Below are positions 24,956 to 38,259 of a stretch of 64,000 nt of DNA, piece by piece (the stretch's first letter is position 1; every line of letters begins with the position of its first letter). The stretch covers positions 94,614,001 through 94,678,000 of the forward strand of contig NC_087472.1 in assembly GCF_036321535.1 (NCBI RefSeq), written 5' to 3'. A model generated the notes under the pieces. The model ran no database searches. It was not told the origin of the DNA and saw only the letters and a list, made by a program, of their open reading frames with translations. This DNA comes from Camelus dromedarius (lineage: Eukaryota). A program made the position numbers and the translations under genes.

Positions 24956-25566
24956 TCTAATGCCTTGAAAGTTTGTTGCCTCATTAAGCAGTTTCAAAAA
25001 TGAAAACTGAAGTATCATAGAATTCATGGGCAGCTGTTCTAATAGCTGAACTTTCTTCCTTCCATCTACCAAAATTCATCATCATTCAAACTCATTCCTG
25101 AGATGGCCCATTTATAATATTTTTGTTTATAGATATTTTATAATTATCCTTAGACTTTCAGACAGCTGTTACGAGTGAACAGAGAAGGGAATTGGCAACA
25201 AGAAGAATACCAGACGAGCTTCAGCTAAAAGGGAAAAAAAAGAAAGGTTGGGGAATGTGCATGGAACACGGAGAAATGCTCTGTGAAGTTCTGACTGACG
25301 CCTTTCAGTCTGCCATCTCAGTATAAACTTGCAGGAGTTTGGTAACTATTTGTACAATAATTCTAATTGTTAATGCTAATTTTTAGGATGCCTCAAGGCC
25401 CCTGGAAACAGAGAAGAATTGATGGGAAAAGACATAGTTTATCAGCTACCTTTTTAATGAAGGGTGGAATGGAGGAGTTAAAAACTGCTGCATTCCATAC
25501 ATATTTTTTCTAGGGTTAGCTAAGGTTTTGTATGTGAGTCTGTATCCTTGCTTTCAGAGTTCCCAG

Positions 25567-26194
25567 TGAAACAGGAAGGGGGCAGGGCACAGCCATTCAA
25601 GGAATGATGGAGCAGTTAACATCAAAATGGTGGAAGATTCAACCCCCAGTAGGCCTTGAGGCCCAAGCTGGTGGGAGATTTGACTTCTAGCAGATCTTGA
25701 GCTTCATTATACGCCCATTGAAATATACTAATATGGTAAATAGCATCCCCATGAGCACCCTGGCAGTCCCAACGCTAGCCACAAAAGGTCAAAGAATGGG
25801 AAACAGCAAACTTCCTGGGAATCCCAGCCCCTTCCCCAGGCTGCTTAGAGTGGTCCTTCCACTTATTAGCATATGACGCCACTGAGCCGATAAAAACTGG
25901 CAACGTTGCGCCTCGCCTCGTGGCCACCCCCTCTCTCTCCCTCTTTGGAGACGGCCCACACTCTGTCTATGGAGTGTGTGCCTAATTTTAATCTGAGCAC
26001 CCAACCCCTACACCTCATGGCCATTCTCTTGCCTTTCGATATATCTCTCTAAATAAATCTACCTTTACTCAACCGTGGCTCGCTCTTTCCTGCGCTAAGC
26101 CAAGGACCCACACTTGGTGGGGCATGTCTCAGGGGCTCAACCGAAGCCTGGGGCACAGCCCTCCTCACGCCCCACATCCATTTTTCCTGCATCA
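25567..26194 (+). mobile_element. Solo ERV1-type LTR
   Basis: TG...CA ends with an exact TSD CCAG (25563-25566 and 26195-26198). TATA-like GATAAAAA near 25888 and AATAAA at 26052. Its reverse complement aligns with 11056-11712. Confidence 0.92.
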
Positions 26195-27570
26195 CCAGTA
26201 GACATGAGCAGTAGCTAGCTTAAAACACCACCCCTCAGAGCCTTTCAGGCCAACTATTAAAGGATGTTTCTAAGAAATCCATTTAAGCACACATGAACAC
26301 ACAAAGTAAAATCAGACTATTATTTGATCATGCTTCTCTGCCATTGCTTGGTTTTGTGACCATCCTTTCAATATTTTACATTTTATTTTTAATTTTTTAA
26401 GGATTTTTAAGGCTTTTTTTTTTTTGGCACTTAGTGATACACAGAGAAGAAGTAAAATTCAAACGATATAATAGCTGTGCAGATGGTTTCCCTCCCGCTT
26501 GCCACTGCCTGTTCACTCAGTTATTTTCTATGGTGGCAAATAGTGGTCACAATATCCTGTCTTCTTGCAAAGATGTGACTGAATTTTCCAGTGTGTGTGT
26601 GTGCACTGTGCACAACAAAGGCTCAAGTTTCTAAGGTTTCTAATTTCTCTAGGATGATTTAATTTTTTAAATTTTTATTGATAGGGTGATTCTTATTCTA
26701 CCCAAAGTGATATTCTCCTTAATTTCCATCCAGGGTGAGAGTTATCAGTTTAAATAATGGGACAGCTCTTCCAGGATCTCCATTTTAAACAAGCCTTTAT
26801 TTTTAAGTAAGCATGACATTACAGATGTCGTTATTTTAATACTTTGTATCAGATTAAACAAGTTCCCTTCTCTTCCTAATTTGCTCAGATTTCATCAGAT
26901 ACTGAATTTTATAAAAATTCCTGTATCTGAAAATTTATGATTTTTCTCCTACATTCTGTTCATGTGGTGAATTATATTGATTGATCTTATGCTAAGACAA
27001 TCTTGCTTCTTTGAAATGAAGCCCACTTGTTTGTGATGTATAATTTTTTTTTTATAATTCTTTTAAAATATTACTGGATTTAATTTGCTAATGTCTCGTT
27101 TTAAGATTTTTGTTTGTATGTTCAGATTGGCCTGTAAATTTCTTTGTTGTAATATTCTGGTCAGATTTTGGTTATTTATGGTTATTCTGGCCTCATGAAA
27201 CAAGTAAGAGATTCATTCATATACTCCCCCCACCTTGGAAAAGTTTGTGTATGAAATTTGTTGCTGATCACTTAAATATTTAGAAGAATGCTGTGAAGAG
27301 GCTGTCTCATCCTGATATTTTCTTAAAAGTATTTTAAAATATGGATTCATTTTTAACAGAAATAGATGATAATATATGTGTATACATCTTTCTTTTTTTC
27401 ATTTTTCTTCAGAATGTTGGATTTTTTTTCTGTCCTAAGTTTGGTAAGTTGTGTTTTTCAGTGAATTTATATATTTTGTTACATCTAAAATTTTAATCAC
27501 ACACAGCTATTGACAATATTCTCTTATTTTTAAATGCCTCTATTGAGTATGTATGGTATGCCAGTGATTT

Positions 27571-28029
27571 TATTTTATTTTTTTTATTGAAGTATAGTTG
27601 ATTTACAATGTTGTATTAATTTCTGGTGTACAGCATAGTGATTTAGTGATATATATATATATCTTTTCATATTCTTTTTCATTATAGGCTTTTACAAGGT
27701 ATTGAATATAGTTCCCTGTGCTGTACAGTAGGACCTTGTTGTTTGTCTATTTTACATATAGTAGTTAGTATTTGCAAATCCTGAACTCCCAATTTATCCC
27801 TCCCCACACCCTTTCACCTCGGTAACCACAAGTTTGTTTTCTATGTCTGTGAGTCTGTCTCCATTTGTAAATTAGTTAATTTTTGTCCTTTTTTTAGATT
27901 CCACATATAAGTAATTATATGGTATTTTTTTCTTTCTGACTGACTTCCCTTAGTGTGATGATCTCCAGCTCCATCCATGTTGCTGCAAATGGCATGACTT
28001 TATTCTTTTTAATGGCTGAGTAGTATTCC

Positions 28030-28076
<47 letters not shown>

Positions 28077-29983
28077 ATATATATTTTCCACATATATATA
28101 CCACACACACATACATACCACAGCTTCTTTTTCTAGTCATCTGTCGATGAACATTTAGGGTACTTACGTGTCTTGGCTATTGTAAATAGTATTGCTCTGA
28201 ACATTGGGGTGTATGTATCTTTTCAAATTAGGGCTTCCTCAGGATATATGCCCAGGAGTGGGATTGCTGCATCATGTATATGGTAAGTCTTTTTTTTTAA
28301 GTTTTTTGAGAAATTTCCATATTGTTTTCCATAATGGCTGTACCAAACTACATTCCCACCAGCAGTGTAGGAGGGTTCCCCTTTATCCACGCTGTCTCCA
28401 GCATTTACCATTTGTGGACATTTTAATGATGACCATTCTCACTGGTGTGGGATGATACCTCATTGTAGTATTGATTTGCATTTCTCTGATAATTAGCAAT
28501 GTTGAGCATTTTTTCATGTGCCTGTTGGCCATCTGTATGTCTTCATTGGAGAATTGTTTAGGTCTTCTGCCCATTTTTGGATTGGCTTGTTCGGGTTTTT
28601 TTTATTATTATTATTAAGTTGTATGAGCTGTTTATATATTCTGGAAATGAAGCCCTTGTCAGTTGCATCATTTGCAAATATATTCTCCCATTCTGTAGGT
28701 TGTCTTTTCATTTTGCTTATGGCTTCCTTTGCTGTGCAAAAGCTTCTAATTTTAATTAGGTTCCATTTGTTTTTGTTTTTATTTCTATCGTCTGGGTAGA
28801 CTGCCCTAGGAGAACATTGCTAAGATTTATGTCAGAAAATGTTTTGCCTATTTCTTCTAAGAGGTTTATAGTGTCTTGTCTTATGTTTGTCTTTAAGCCA
28901 TTTTGAGTTTATTTTTGTGTATGGTGTGAGGGAGTGTTCCAACTTCATTGATTTACATGCTGCTGTCCAGTTTTCCCACCAGCACTTACTGAAGAGACTG
29001 TCTTTTCTCCATTGTATATTCTTGCCTCTTTTGTTGAAGATTGACTGTAGGTATGTGGATTTATTTCTGGGCTCTCTATTCTGTTCCATTGATCCATATG
29101 TCTGTTTTTGTGCCAATACCATACTGTTTTGATTATTGTAGCTCTGTAGTGTTGTCTGAAATCTGGGACGGTTATTCTTCCAGTTTTGTTCATTTTCTTC
29201 AGTATTGCTTTGGTGATTATGGGTCTTTTGTGATTCCATATAAATTTTAAGATTCTTTGTTCTAGTTCTGTGAAAAATGTCCTGGGAAATTTGATAGGGA
29301 TCACTTTAATCTGTAGATTGCTTTGGATAGTATGGCCATTTTAACAATATTAATTCTTCCAATCCAAGAGCATGGAATATCTTTCCATTTATTTAAATCA
29401 TCTTTAATTCCCTTAATCAGTGTTGTATAGTTCTCTGGGTGTAAGTCTTTCAGTCTTTCCCCTCCTTGGTCAGGTTTATTCCCAAGTTGTTTGTTTTTTA
29501 CTTTGCTCTTCTGATATTTCATTGTTAATGATTTCTATATGTTAATCTTGTATCCTGCTGCCTTGCTGAAATCATTTATCAGCTCTAGTAGTTTTTGTGT
29601 GGAGTGTTTAGGGTTTTCTATACATAGTATCATGTCATCTGCATATAGTGACAGTTTGACCTCTTCCCTTCCAATTTGGAACCCTTTTATTTTTCTTGTC
29701 TGACTGCTGTGTTTAGGACATCTAATTCTGTGTTGAATAGAAGTGGTGAGAATGGGCATCCTCTTCTTGTTTCAGATTTTAGTGGGAAGGCTTTTAATTT
29801 TTCACCATTGAGAATTATTCTGACTGTGGGCTTGTCATAAATACCTTTTGTCATGTTGAGATATGTTCCCTTTATACCCACTTTGGTAATAGTTTTTAAT
29901 ATAAGTGGTTGTTGAATTTTATCAAATGTTTTTTCTGCCTCTATTTTGAGACGATCATATGCTTATAGTCCTTTCTTTTTTTG
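27571..29983 (-). mobile_element. 5'-truncated young L1 (~2.4 kb; RT C-terminal half, Cys-rich end and 3' UTR), frameshifted
   Basis: Exact 13-bp TSD ATGCCAGTGATTT (27558-27570 and 29984-29996). ORF2p peptides in the track include [10 protein letters not shown] (RT catalytic motif), [40 protein letters not shown] and [10 protein letters not shown]. Confidence 0.95.
28032..28071. repeat. (TG)n microsatellite inside the L1 3' UTR
   Basis: About 20 TG units. Confidence 0.95.
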
Positions 29984-30939
29984 ATGCCAGTGATTTCTGA
30001 TAATGGTAATTTCTGCCTTTTAGCTTTTTTTTTTTTAAATCATGACACTTTTGAGAGTTTACAACGTTCCTAAGTAGTCTAAAGAACAACATTTTGACTT
30101 TGTTTATTCTGTTGATTTCTATTTTATTAATTTCTCATGTATATTATCTGTTCTCTTACTCAGTGGGTTTAGGTTGTGTTTTGTTTGGGTTCATTGGTTA
30201 ATGGAAGATTAAATCAATGAATTTGCACATTTTTTCATTTCAAATATATGGATTTAAGGCTATAGCTACTCTGAGCACAACTTTAACTGCATTCCTCATG
30301 ATTTTCTGTCATGTTTCTGTTATTAAAATGTTTTCTAAGTATGATTATGATTCTTCTTTCACCCATGGATTATTTAGGAGTATACTGCCTAATTTACAAA
30401 CACTTAGGGATATCTTTGCTTTATCTTTGCTTTTGTTATTGGTTTTATTCCACTGTGGTCAGAGAGAATACCCAGACTCTGTCAATCCTTTCAAAATTTT
30501 TGAGGTTTGCTTTATGATCCACGGTCAATTTGAGTATATGTTCCAAGAGCACTTCAAGCAATATATATTCTAGAAGTTGTTAGTTACAGCATTTTATATA
30601 CGTCTGCTAAATCAGAACTATTACTCTTGTTCTGTATCCTTACTGATTTACTATAAAAGGTGTATTAAAATCTGTTTGTTGATTAGTTTATTTCTCTTTG
30701 TTTTTTGCCTTACCTTTTTTGAAACTATGTTACTAGATTCATTTGAATTTAGACTCATATATCCTGATAGATGGGCTCTCTTACCATTATGAGAAATCCC
30801 TCTTTGCCTTTAGTAGTGAATCTTGCTTTAAAGTCCACTTTGACCTAAATATTATTACATCAGTTTTCTGTTAGATAGTGTTTAAGTAGTCAATCTTCTG
30901 GTACCCTTTTGCCTCAAATTTTTGTGTAATTGTTTATAC

Positions 30940-32050
30940 AAATTGACTTTATTTTTTATAGTTTTAGCTTCATAGCAAAACTGAGGGAAAGGTAAAGAGA
31001 TTTTCTTTATAAGCCCTGCCCTCACAAATGCACAACCTCCTCTGTTACCAACATCACTCACCACCATGATACACTTTTTACCAAGGATAAACCTATGATG
31101 ACTTATCATCATCCATCATCACTCAAGTCCATAGTTTACATTATAGTTCACTCTTGGTGTTGTACACTGTATGAGTTTGAGCAACTGTGTAACAGCATAT
31201 ATCCATCATTATGGTATCATACAGCATTTTTTCATTGCCATAAAAATTATCAGTGCTCCACCTATTTATCCCTCCCTCCCCCTCAAACCTTGGCAGCTGA
31301 TGATTTTTTTTTACTGTCTCCGTAGTTTTGCCTTTTCCAGATTGTTGTATACTCGGAATCATAAACTTTGCAGACTTTTCAGATTGGCTTCTTTCACTTA
31401 GTAATATGCATTTAATGTTCCTACATGTCTTAGACATGGCTTAGACATGGCTTAATAGGTCTTTTTTCTTTTTAGCACTGAATAATATTTCATCGTCCGG
31501 ATGCACCACAGTTTATCCTTTCACCTACTGAAGAACATCTTGATTGCTTCTAACTTTTGACAGGTATGAACAGAGCTGCTATGAACATCCATGTGCAGGT
31601 TTTTGTATGGACATAAGCTTTCAACTCCTTTGGGTAAATACCAAGGTGTACAATTGCTGGATCATATGGTAGAAATATGTTTAGGTTTTATAACAAACTG
31701 CCAAACTGACTTCCAAAGTGGCTGTACCATTTTATATTCCAACCATCAATGAATGAGTGTTCCCTATTGTTCCACATCCTCCCTAGCATTTTGTGGTGTC
31801 AGTATTCTGGATTTTGGCCATTCTAATAAATATGTAGTAGTATCTCATTGTTTTTAAATTTATAGTTGGTTTATAATATTGTGTTAATTTTAAAGTTTGT
31901 TTTTTTTTTTTTTTAATGAAGGTACTGGGGATTGAACCCAGGACCTCATGTATGCTAAGCATGTGCTCTATCAGTGAGTTATACCGTCCCTCTTTTTGTT
32001 TTAATTTGCATTTCCCTGCTAATGTATGATGTGTAGCATCATTTGACACA
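30940..32050 (-). mobile_element. L1MC-type 3' end nested in the older L1
   Basis: aattgactttatttttt...ttcatagcaaaactgaggg and caagtccatagtttacattatagttcactcttggtgttgtaca are typical L1MC1/2 3' UTR motifs (recall). Confidence 0.75.
31896..31992 (-). mobile_element. Short-form tRNA-derived SINE, vic-1-like
   Basis: Poly-T, then ggtactggggattgaacccaggacctcatgtatgctaagcatgtgctcta. Confidence 0.88.
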
Positions 32051-33733
32051 TATTTAAAGATATAAGACATGATGAGCATTGTTTATATTTTATATTAATT
32101 TATATTAAAAACCTCTTAATCCTTTGCTATTTTCTTCCTTTGTTCCTACATTTCCAGGAACAAAGGCTTCTACCTAAGATGATTTTTATTCTGCCTGAAG
32201 AAGTCCCTTTGCTTATATAAGGCAGCTCTGCTGGTCATGAGCTGTCCCATTTCTTTTATAGATCTAAATCTAAATTTCATCTTCATTTTGGAAGATTTTT
32301 AAATGGGTAGAGAGTTTCAGATTAGCTGTTTCTATTATGAAAATGGCATTCCATTGTTTCATGGCTTTCATATTTTCTATTGAAAAATCAACTTTAAATC
32401 TTATATGAATGTAACATGTCTTTTCATCTGCCTCCTTCAAGATTTCCTCTTTATATTTGCTTTTCATCAGTTAAATTATAATATACTTATTTAAGGTTTT
32501 ATTTATAATTAGTGTGCTTTAGGATTTAGAATTTGTTGAGGCTGTGTTATACTTACTTTTTTAGGTTCTCTCATCTCTGGACCTTGGCCCTTGTTGTAGC
32601 TCATGTTCTTGATAGTTTTGGCTCCAATTTTTATTTGTGAAGCCTTGTTTCCTGCTGACATCTCTGAGGCACAGCTTTCTGCTTGGCCTCTTGGTCTTTG
32701 CCTTCTTTAGAAATGGCATTGGATACCCTCAGTACTTGCTGTCTTTCCTGTCTCAATTGGCTTGTACTCCAGCTTTTCATACTGAAAAATCTTTCATCAC
32801 AGGCTCTGTTCTGCAGTGAACCTAGGCTAAGACAATTATGATCATGTTTATTAGCCAGTTCCTCTGTGGCATTGTTCTCAAACTTTGGATAACTCTCCCG
32901 GGCACTCCTGCCCATGCAGAGCACTGCTATCATTCCCTCTGAGTGCTGGGCTGGCCACTGGTCACTGAAATTCAAAGAAACAAATTTATTGGAAAACAAT
33001 TTGGCAAAACCCTTTGATTAGAAAAACTTCCTCAAATGATCTATACACTAAGATAAATTAAAAAAAAAAACAACAAAACTTAAAGCCAATTGGCATTTTT
33101 TCACGACAACTTAAACTGCCAGTTCAGCAGAATAGAATGTCAATTTTAAGTGTACAATTTTAAGATTCAAGTGTCAATTTTATATGTAGAAGTTTAAGAG
33201 TAAAATGTCAATTTTAAAGTTCAGACTGTCAAGGATATGTGAAAATGAGATGCAGATGAAGCATTGCTCTAGGGATTGACCCAGGAGTGGCTCCTGTGCA
33301 CGTGGCCACGTATCTGCATTTAGATCAGTGAGGGATTAAAATTCTTGGACGTGTGTGTATACGTTCTTGTAAGTATGCATAGGTCCACTGGATATGTGCT
33401 GATACTTTAAGTTCCCAGTTACAATTTTCACAGCACCTAGTTTCACTGTAACTTTACCCCTTCCTTTAGTCCCTTATACACTTAGAGTGCTGCTTATTAT
33501 CAGCACTTTACAATTCTCTGACGTGCCTAGAAACATGGAAATTCCACAGATGGCAACAAAGTAGCTAAAACTCGGATCTCTGACACATAACAGTATTATT
33601 ATTTCAAATCATTGGCAACTTTGCATTGCAAACTAAGCAAACTCTTGCATTAAGGGCCATGTCTAGCCTGGGATCAGCTATGGTTGCCTACAGCCCTTTT
33701 TGGACCCTTAGAATTTTTTGAGGTATTTAACGT

Positions 33734-34185
33734 CAGGGTCCTTAACCTTTTAAAAGTCACAAACTCCTGGGACTTCTGGTAATGTGTATATATGCTATCT
33801 CAGAATAACATTATTAAATGCATAGAGTTATAATTTAGCTGCTTTGAATGCAGTCATCAAAATAGTAAATATGTGGTACAAGGGCATGTACATTTCTTTA
33901 TTAAGGCTTTCAATAACAATCTATTGGCAGGCTTAACAACTACAGCAACTGGGAAGTCATTATAACCATAAGAGATATTTTACCGGATCCGTAACAACTA
34001 CAATATAGTACCTGTGACTTCTGTTGCTTACAAAATCATAGTTACTGGTAGTACTGTGGTTTATTACTTAGTCATGATAAAAGAAAAAGATTTCAGTTAA
34101 GATACGTTTTCCATCCAAGTTCAGGGGTCTCCTGAATTCTATACACAGAGCCCTTGTGCTTCTGTGGTTCCCAGATTAACTCCTG
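33734..34185. mobile_element. hAT-Charlie non-autonomous DNA transposon (Charlie4a-like)
   Basis: Left end cagggtccttaaccttttt, internal ctcagaataacattattaaatgcata, right end cccagattaactcctg (degenerate inverted terminus). Family name from recall. Confidence 0.6.
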
Positions 34186-34563
34186 GTTTAAAGGGAACCT
34201 ATTCCTAGAATGTGAAAATCCAATAGAAACATGAATGCCATTTACTAAAGGTAAAATATTAGGATTTTCTTGAAGCTCTGATGCTCCAGCCTTCAAACAC
34301 TACAGCCACCGGATCTTTCCTGTGGGCCTAGAACCGTGACTGCACCAGCAGCTTGCTAGTTTGGTTTGAAACTACAAGTCTCTTATGTTCTGTATCAGAT
34401 TCCTGTTGCTTTGTTACCTCCAGAGCTCTCTCCTGTAGGAAAGGACGGGGGGGGGGGGGTTGTGGAGAGGAGCAAGTGTCCGAAGTGTGAACTTGGTGTA
34501 CCTTATGTTTAAACAAATCTGCCCTGTGTTGGATACAGTAAGTGTAACTGTATCTCTGCTGCT

Positions 34564-34586
34564 GTTTTGTGTTTTGTTTTGTTTTG

Positions 34587-34617
<31 letters not shown>
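34564..34617. repeat. (TTTTG)n simple repeat
   Basis: About 10 pentamer units. Confidence 0.95.
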
Positions 34618-34620
<3 letters not shown>

Positions 34621-36604
34621 TGCTTAACCCCGAGGAGAAGCAGAGATGTGGGTCTCATGGCCAAGGGCCAACTGTACACGTGGGGTGGGGAGCCCAGGGC
34701 AAGGAACCAGCCAGGCTGACCTTCCCCACTGCAGTCAGGCCCAGGGCTCGGCCCTTCCACACCCTGATTCCAGCCCCATGGCTGAAGAGCCAAGGGTGGG
34801 GCTGGGACACCGCTCAGCTAGCCCTTGCCCTCAGGGAGGCTCTGGCAGTTCTGGCCAGTTGAGGGTCCGCCGCTGGGATACAGTAAGTATGACGATATCC
34901 CTAGCTGATGAAATTTTAATACCTTTTTCCTTAATATATATCTGATGCTTTTAATTTATTTTAGTGTGAGCTTCTCTGTTTCTTATCCCCAGCTGATGAC
35001 GTTCATTTGAATTAAACTGCAACTGCTTTTCTCTTCTGAACAAAGAGCTCTTCTTCTTTAAGTCAATGACCATCCCTATCAAACTCTGTTCGAATTTCCC
35101 TTTAAGCAATTAACATAATCAGCTATAAGTATTATTCCTAATAACTGAGGGTGAGCTTAGGAGTGAATGCCAGTTGTGGTTTTTGGATGGGCCAAAATGA
35201 AGTACTTTCAAAGAAGCTTTTATTTTTGCCAAATTTCCTCCAACACCAAATTAGGAGGAGATTATTAGAACTCTGTCCTGAAGAAACCTTCAGTCTTTTT
35301 TTTGTTCCATTAGATGTATGTATCAGTGTATTTTTGAGTAGAGGTGGTACTGGTTGTTCAGAGTAAGACGATGTTTACTTAGGCATCAAAGAATGTTTTA
35401 GTCAAATACGTAACAACACTAAAAAGATGAGAAGGTTCATTAAATGGCAGGACAGATTTCAGGGACAAATGGGCAGATGTTGGCACACAGCGTCTGTACA
35501 AGACAGTGGGGAAAGAGCAAAACAGCTCAACCAAGGCACAGACTTAATGATGCACCTGGTCTACACAATACACAACTGAGCTCCTTTATATGTTGTTATT
35601 TTGTTGACTTGGAGCAGAGCTGCCCTGCAGTCCTAAATCTAGCAAGGAAAGCCAAGAATATTTAAACAGAGGTATTTAAAAATTGAAGGGCCTTCTAAGA
35701 ATATGAGCTTAAGACTTGAAGGTTCATGTGAAAATTTTTAATGCTAACTATGTACTAATCCCACAGCTGTATTCCTGACGATAAATCTTTATGTATTATT
35801 TTCCAGAAGTTTACAGCTCTTTGACAGAAACTTTTAAGTTCTCAAACCCTTAGAAATGTTGTATAAATGTGAGTGAAGTGTCTTTTCTTCAAAATGAAGT
35901 TATATTTATTTTTCACAATTGGATTTATTTCATTTTTATTTGTCACATGGTAGTTCCATCATTCACTCCTATTTTAATGGGGTAATATTCAAAATCATGG
36001 TAGTGTCTAAATTAATGGTGGTTAACTACAGTAACTTGCTACCGTAGTTACAAAGAAAAATATCTAAAATGTTTCCTTCCTTAGAAGTGACAGGAAAATT
36101 ACCTATTGTATTAAATTATTATTGAAAGTTGTAATTTTAAGCTCATAGGCTACTTTGCAATGATAAACTTTGTTATTCCTCTTTTTCTGTCTAGTATTCT
36201 GTAACAATGGAGTGACGAGTGTAGTAATGAATGAGTGAATGTTGCAGTTCTTTCACTGTGACATGTACATCCTACGTCAGTGTTGGAGTCTGACATAGCG
36301 CCAAAGCCCAGGAGACGTCTATAGTCACAGCCATTTGAATATAGGGGGTGACATTTATCAGCTGTCAGCTTAGGAAAGTTACTTAAGTGATCTTATGCTT
36401 TCTTTGGGTTTCTCATCTGTATAATTGGAAAGTATCGGAGCCTACTACAGTTACGTTGAGACTAAAGTTCCTGAAAATATATATGGTAAGTATGAGTGCT
36501 GATTGTTAGTACTAATATCCACTTTTTGTATCAGTAGTTGAGGGTCTGGGATGCAAATGGAAACAAATTTTAGTTTATAAAAAGTGCATTAAAACTTGTT
36601 TTAT

Positions 36605-37010
36605 CTTAAAAAGAATGAAGTCTTGCCATTTGCAGCAACATGGATGGACTGGAGGGGATTATGCTAAGTGAAGCAAGCCAGACAGACAAAGGCAGGTACT
36701 GTATTATATCACTTATATGTGGAATCTAAAAAATTACAAAGAAAAACTAGTGAGTATAACCAAAAAGAAACAGACTCACAGGAAGAGAGAACAAACTAGT
36801 GGTTATCAATGGGGAGGGGGAGGGGCAGGAGATTAGGCGGGAAAACTGTCACGTAAAATAAGCTGCAGATACCTTGGACAACACATGGAATAGAGCCAGC
36901 ATTTTAAATAACTAAATGGAATACAGCGTTTAAACAGTGTGAATCACTATGTTGTGCAATATTATATAAGTTACAGGTATACATCAACTATAGTTCAATT
37001 TTTTTTTAAG
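36605..37010 (+). mobile_element. 5'-truncated L1 3' end
   Basis: gccatttgcagcaacatggatggact...atcacttatatgtggaatctaaaa. Degenerate TSD AAAAC(T/A)TG(T/C)TTTAT at 36591 and 37011. Confidence 0.88.
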
Positions 37011-38259
37011 AAAACATGCTTTATTCTTGATTTTTGAAAGCTGTTATTGTTTTGTTGGTTTCTTTAAGTCTTCTTGGCTGAAAAACAAAACATTTTCAAT
37101 TGAAACTTGTATTTTTAAACTCAAATGCAGTCAAAATCGATTTATGCTCAAAAATATGGTTAGACCCTTTTATATCTGCTGAAACAGATTTTTCCCATTG
37201 ATTTTTCAAAGCCTCCCTCCTGCACCACTGTAAAGTAGATGTTGCCTTGAAAAGACCTCTGGTTTAAGAACTAGAGGGTATGGGCCTTAACTGTTAACTC
37301 AGCCCCTGCTAGCTGGGGGACTGTGGACAGGTGATTGAGTATCCTGGCTCACAGATCGGAAGTGGCAAAGTGAGCATCAGTAGATGGTAGGACCAGCTCT
37401 TCCAGCCTCACAGGACTGTTCTGATGTAACTGCTGAAATGAAAGACATTTAGAAGTTAAACAATATATGTTAAGTTATGTAGAACGTCAGCGTGTCTCCA
37501 GTCTTCAGTCATATGTCACTCTCCTATACTGCGGTTGTTTGGGACTTCCAATTTCTATATTAAAATGTTAAGTTTTAAGTATATTAACTGTACGGGACTA
37601 GGTGAAACCCTATGGCCTTCTTGTTTACATATGATGAATAATGTAGAGCCAGAGACCCCTAACCCGTAGTCAGTGGATTAGCTTCTCTTCTAAGAACCGA
37701 ACATTTCTTAGGTTTCAAAAGTGTGTATTAGATGGCACTGTGAGTTGGAGGGAATGATTCTGAATTTCCATTATTTTTATTTTAAATTTACACTTGTTTT
37801 CAATTATACAGAAATATTGCTCTTTGCTTATTTGAGTAAAATCTACAGACAAACACATTATTTTCTTATAGAAAAGCAATATGCTATTATGAGCCATGGG
37901 AAATTATAGTTAAACTTCCAGCAACCATTTTGTTTGGATTGAGAGGAGACACGCCTATTCTATAATTTTAAAATAAAATACTCATTTTGTTAGCTCAACT
38001 ATTGAAAAATTTTTGCAAATTTTTATATAATGAAGTGGTAAGATATTTTTTAAATCCCTCAATCATAATGTTAAAATTATTTATACTTGAGTTTTGTTTT
38101 TCATTTAAAATTATTTTAGAATACTTATATAGTTAGAAGAAAGTTGAAAGATGTTACAAAGATTTCCCAAACACCTCTGAGTTACTCCTTGTCAATATAT
38201 TATTGTTATATTTGTCACAACTAATGAACCAGTATCAATGCATTATTTTTTCAAAATTC

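Larger units (their letters stand above)
26690..32540 (-). mobile_element. Old decayed L1 (ORF2 to ORF1 region) hosting several younger insertions
   Basis: Degenerate L1 ORF2 motifs at 26700-27550 and 30000-30930. An ORF1-like remnant (RFKVDFSIENMKAMKQWNAIF) is in the 32270-32467 minus ORF. Confidence 0.65.

Noticed and set aside
28383..29881. Reverse-transcriptase CDS
   Set aside because: These are frameshifted, 5'-truncated L1 ORF2 remnants and are reported as a mobile element.
31429..31450. Small tandem duplications (CTTAGACATGG x2; also GTGTGACCCT x2 near 48277 and the 20-mer at 11615)
   Set aside because: Ordinary slippage or repair duplications inside dead repeats, with no sign of function.
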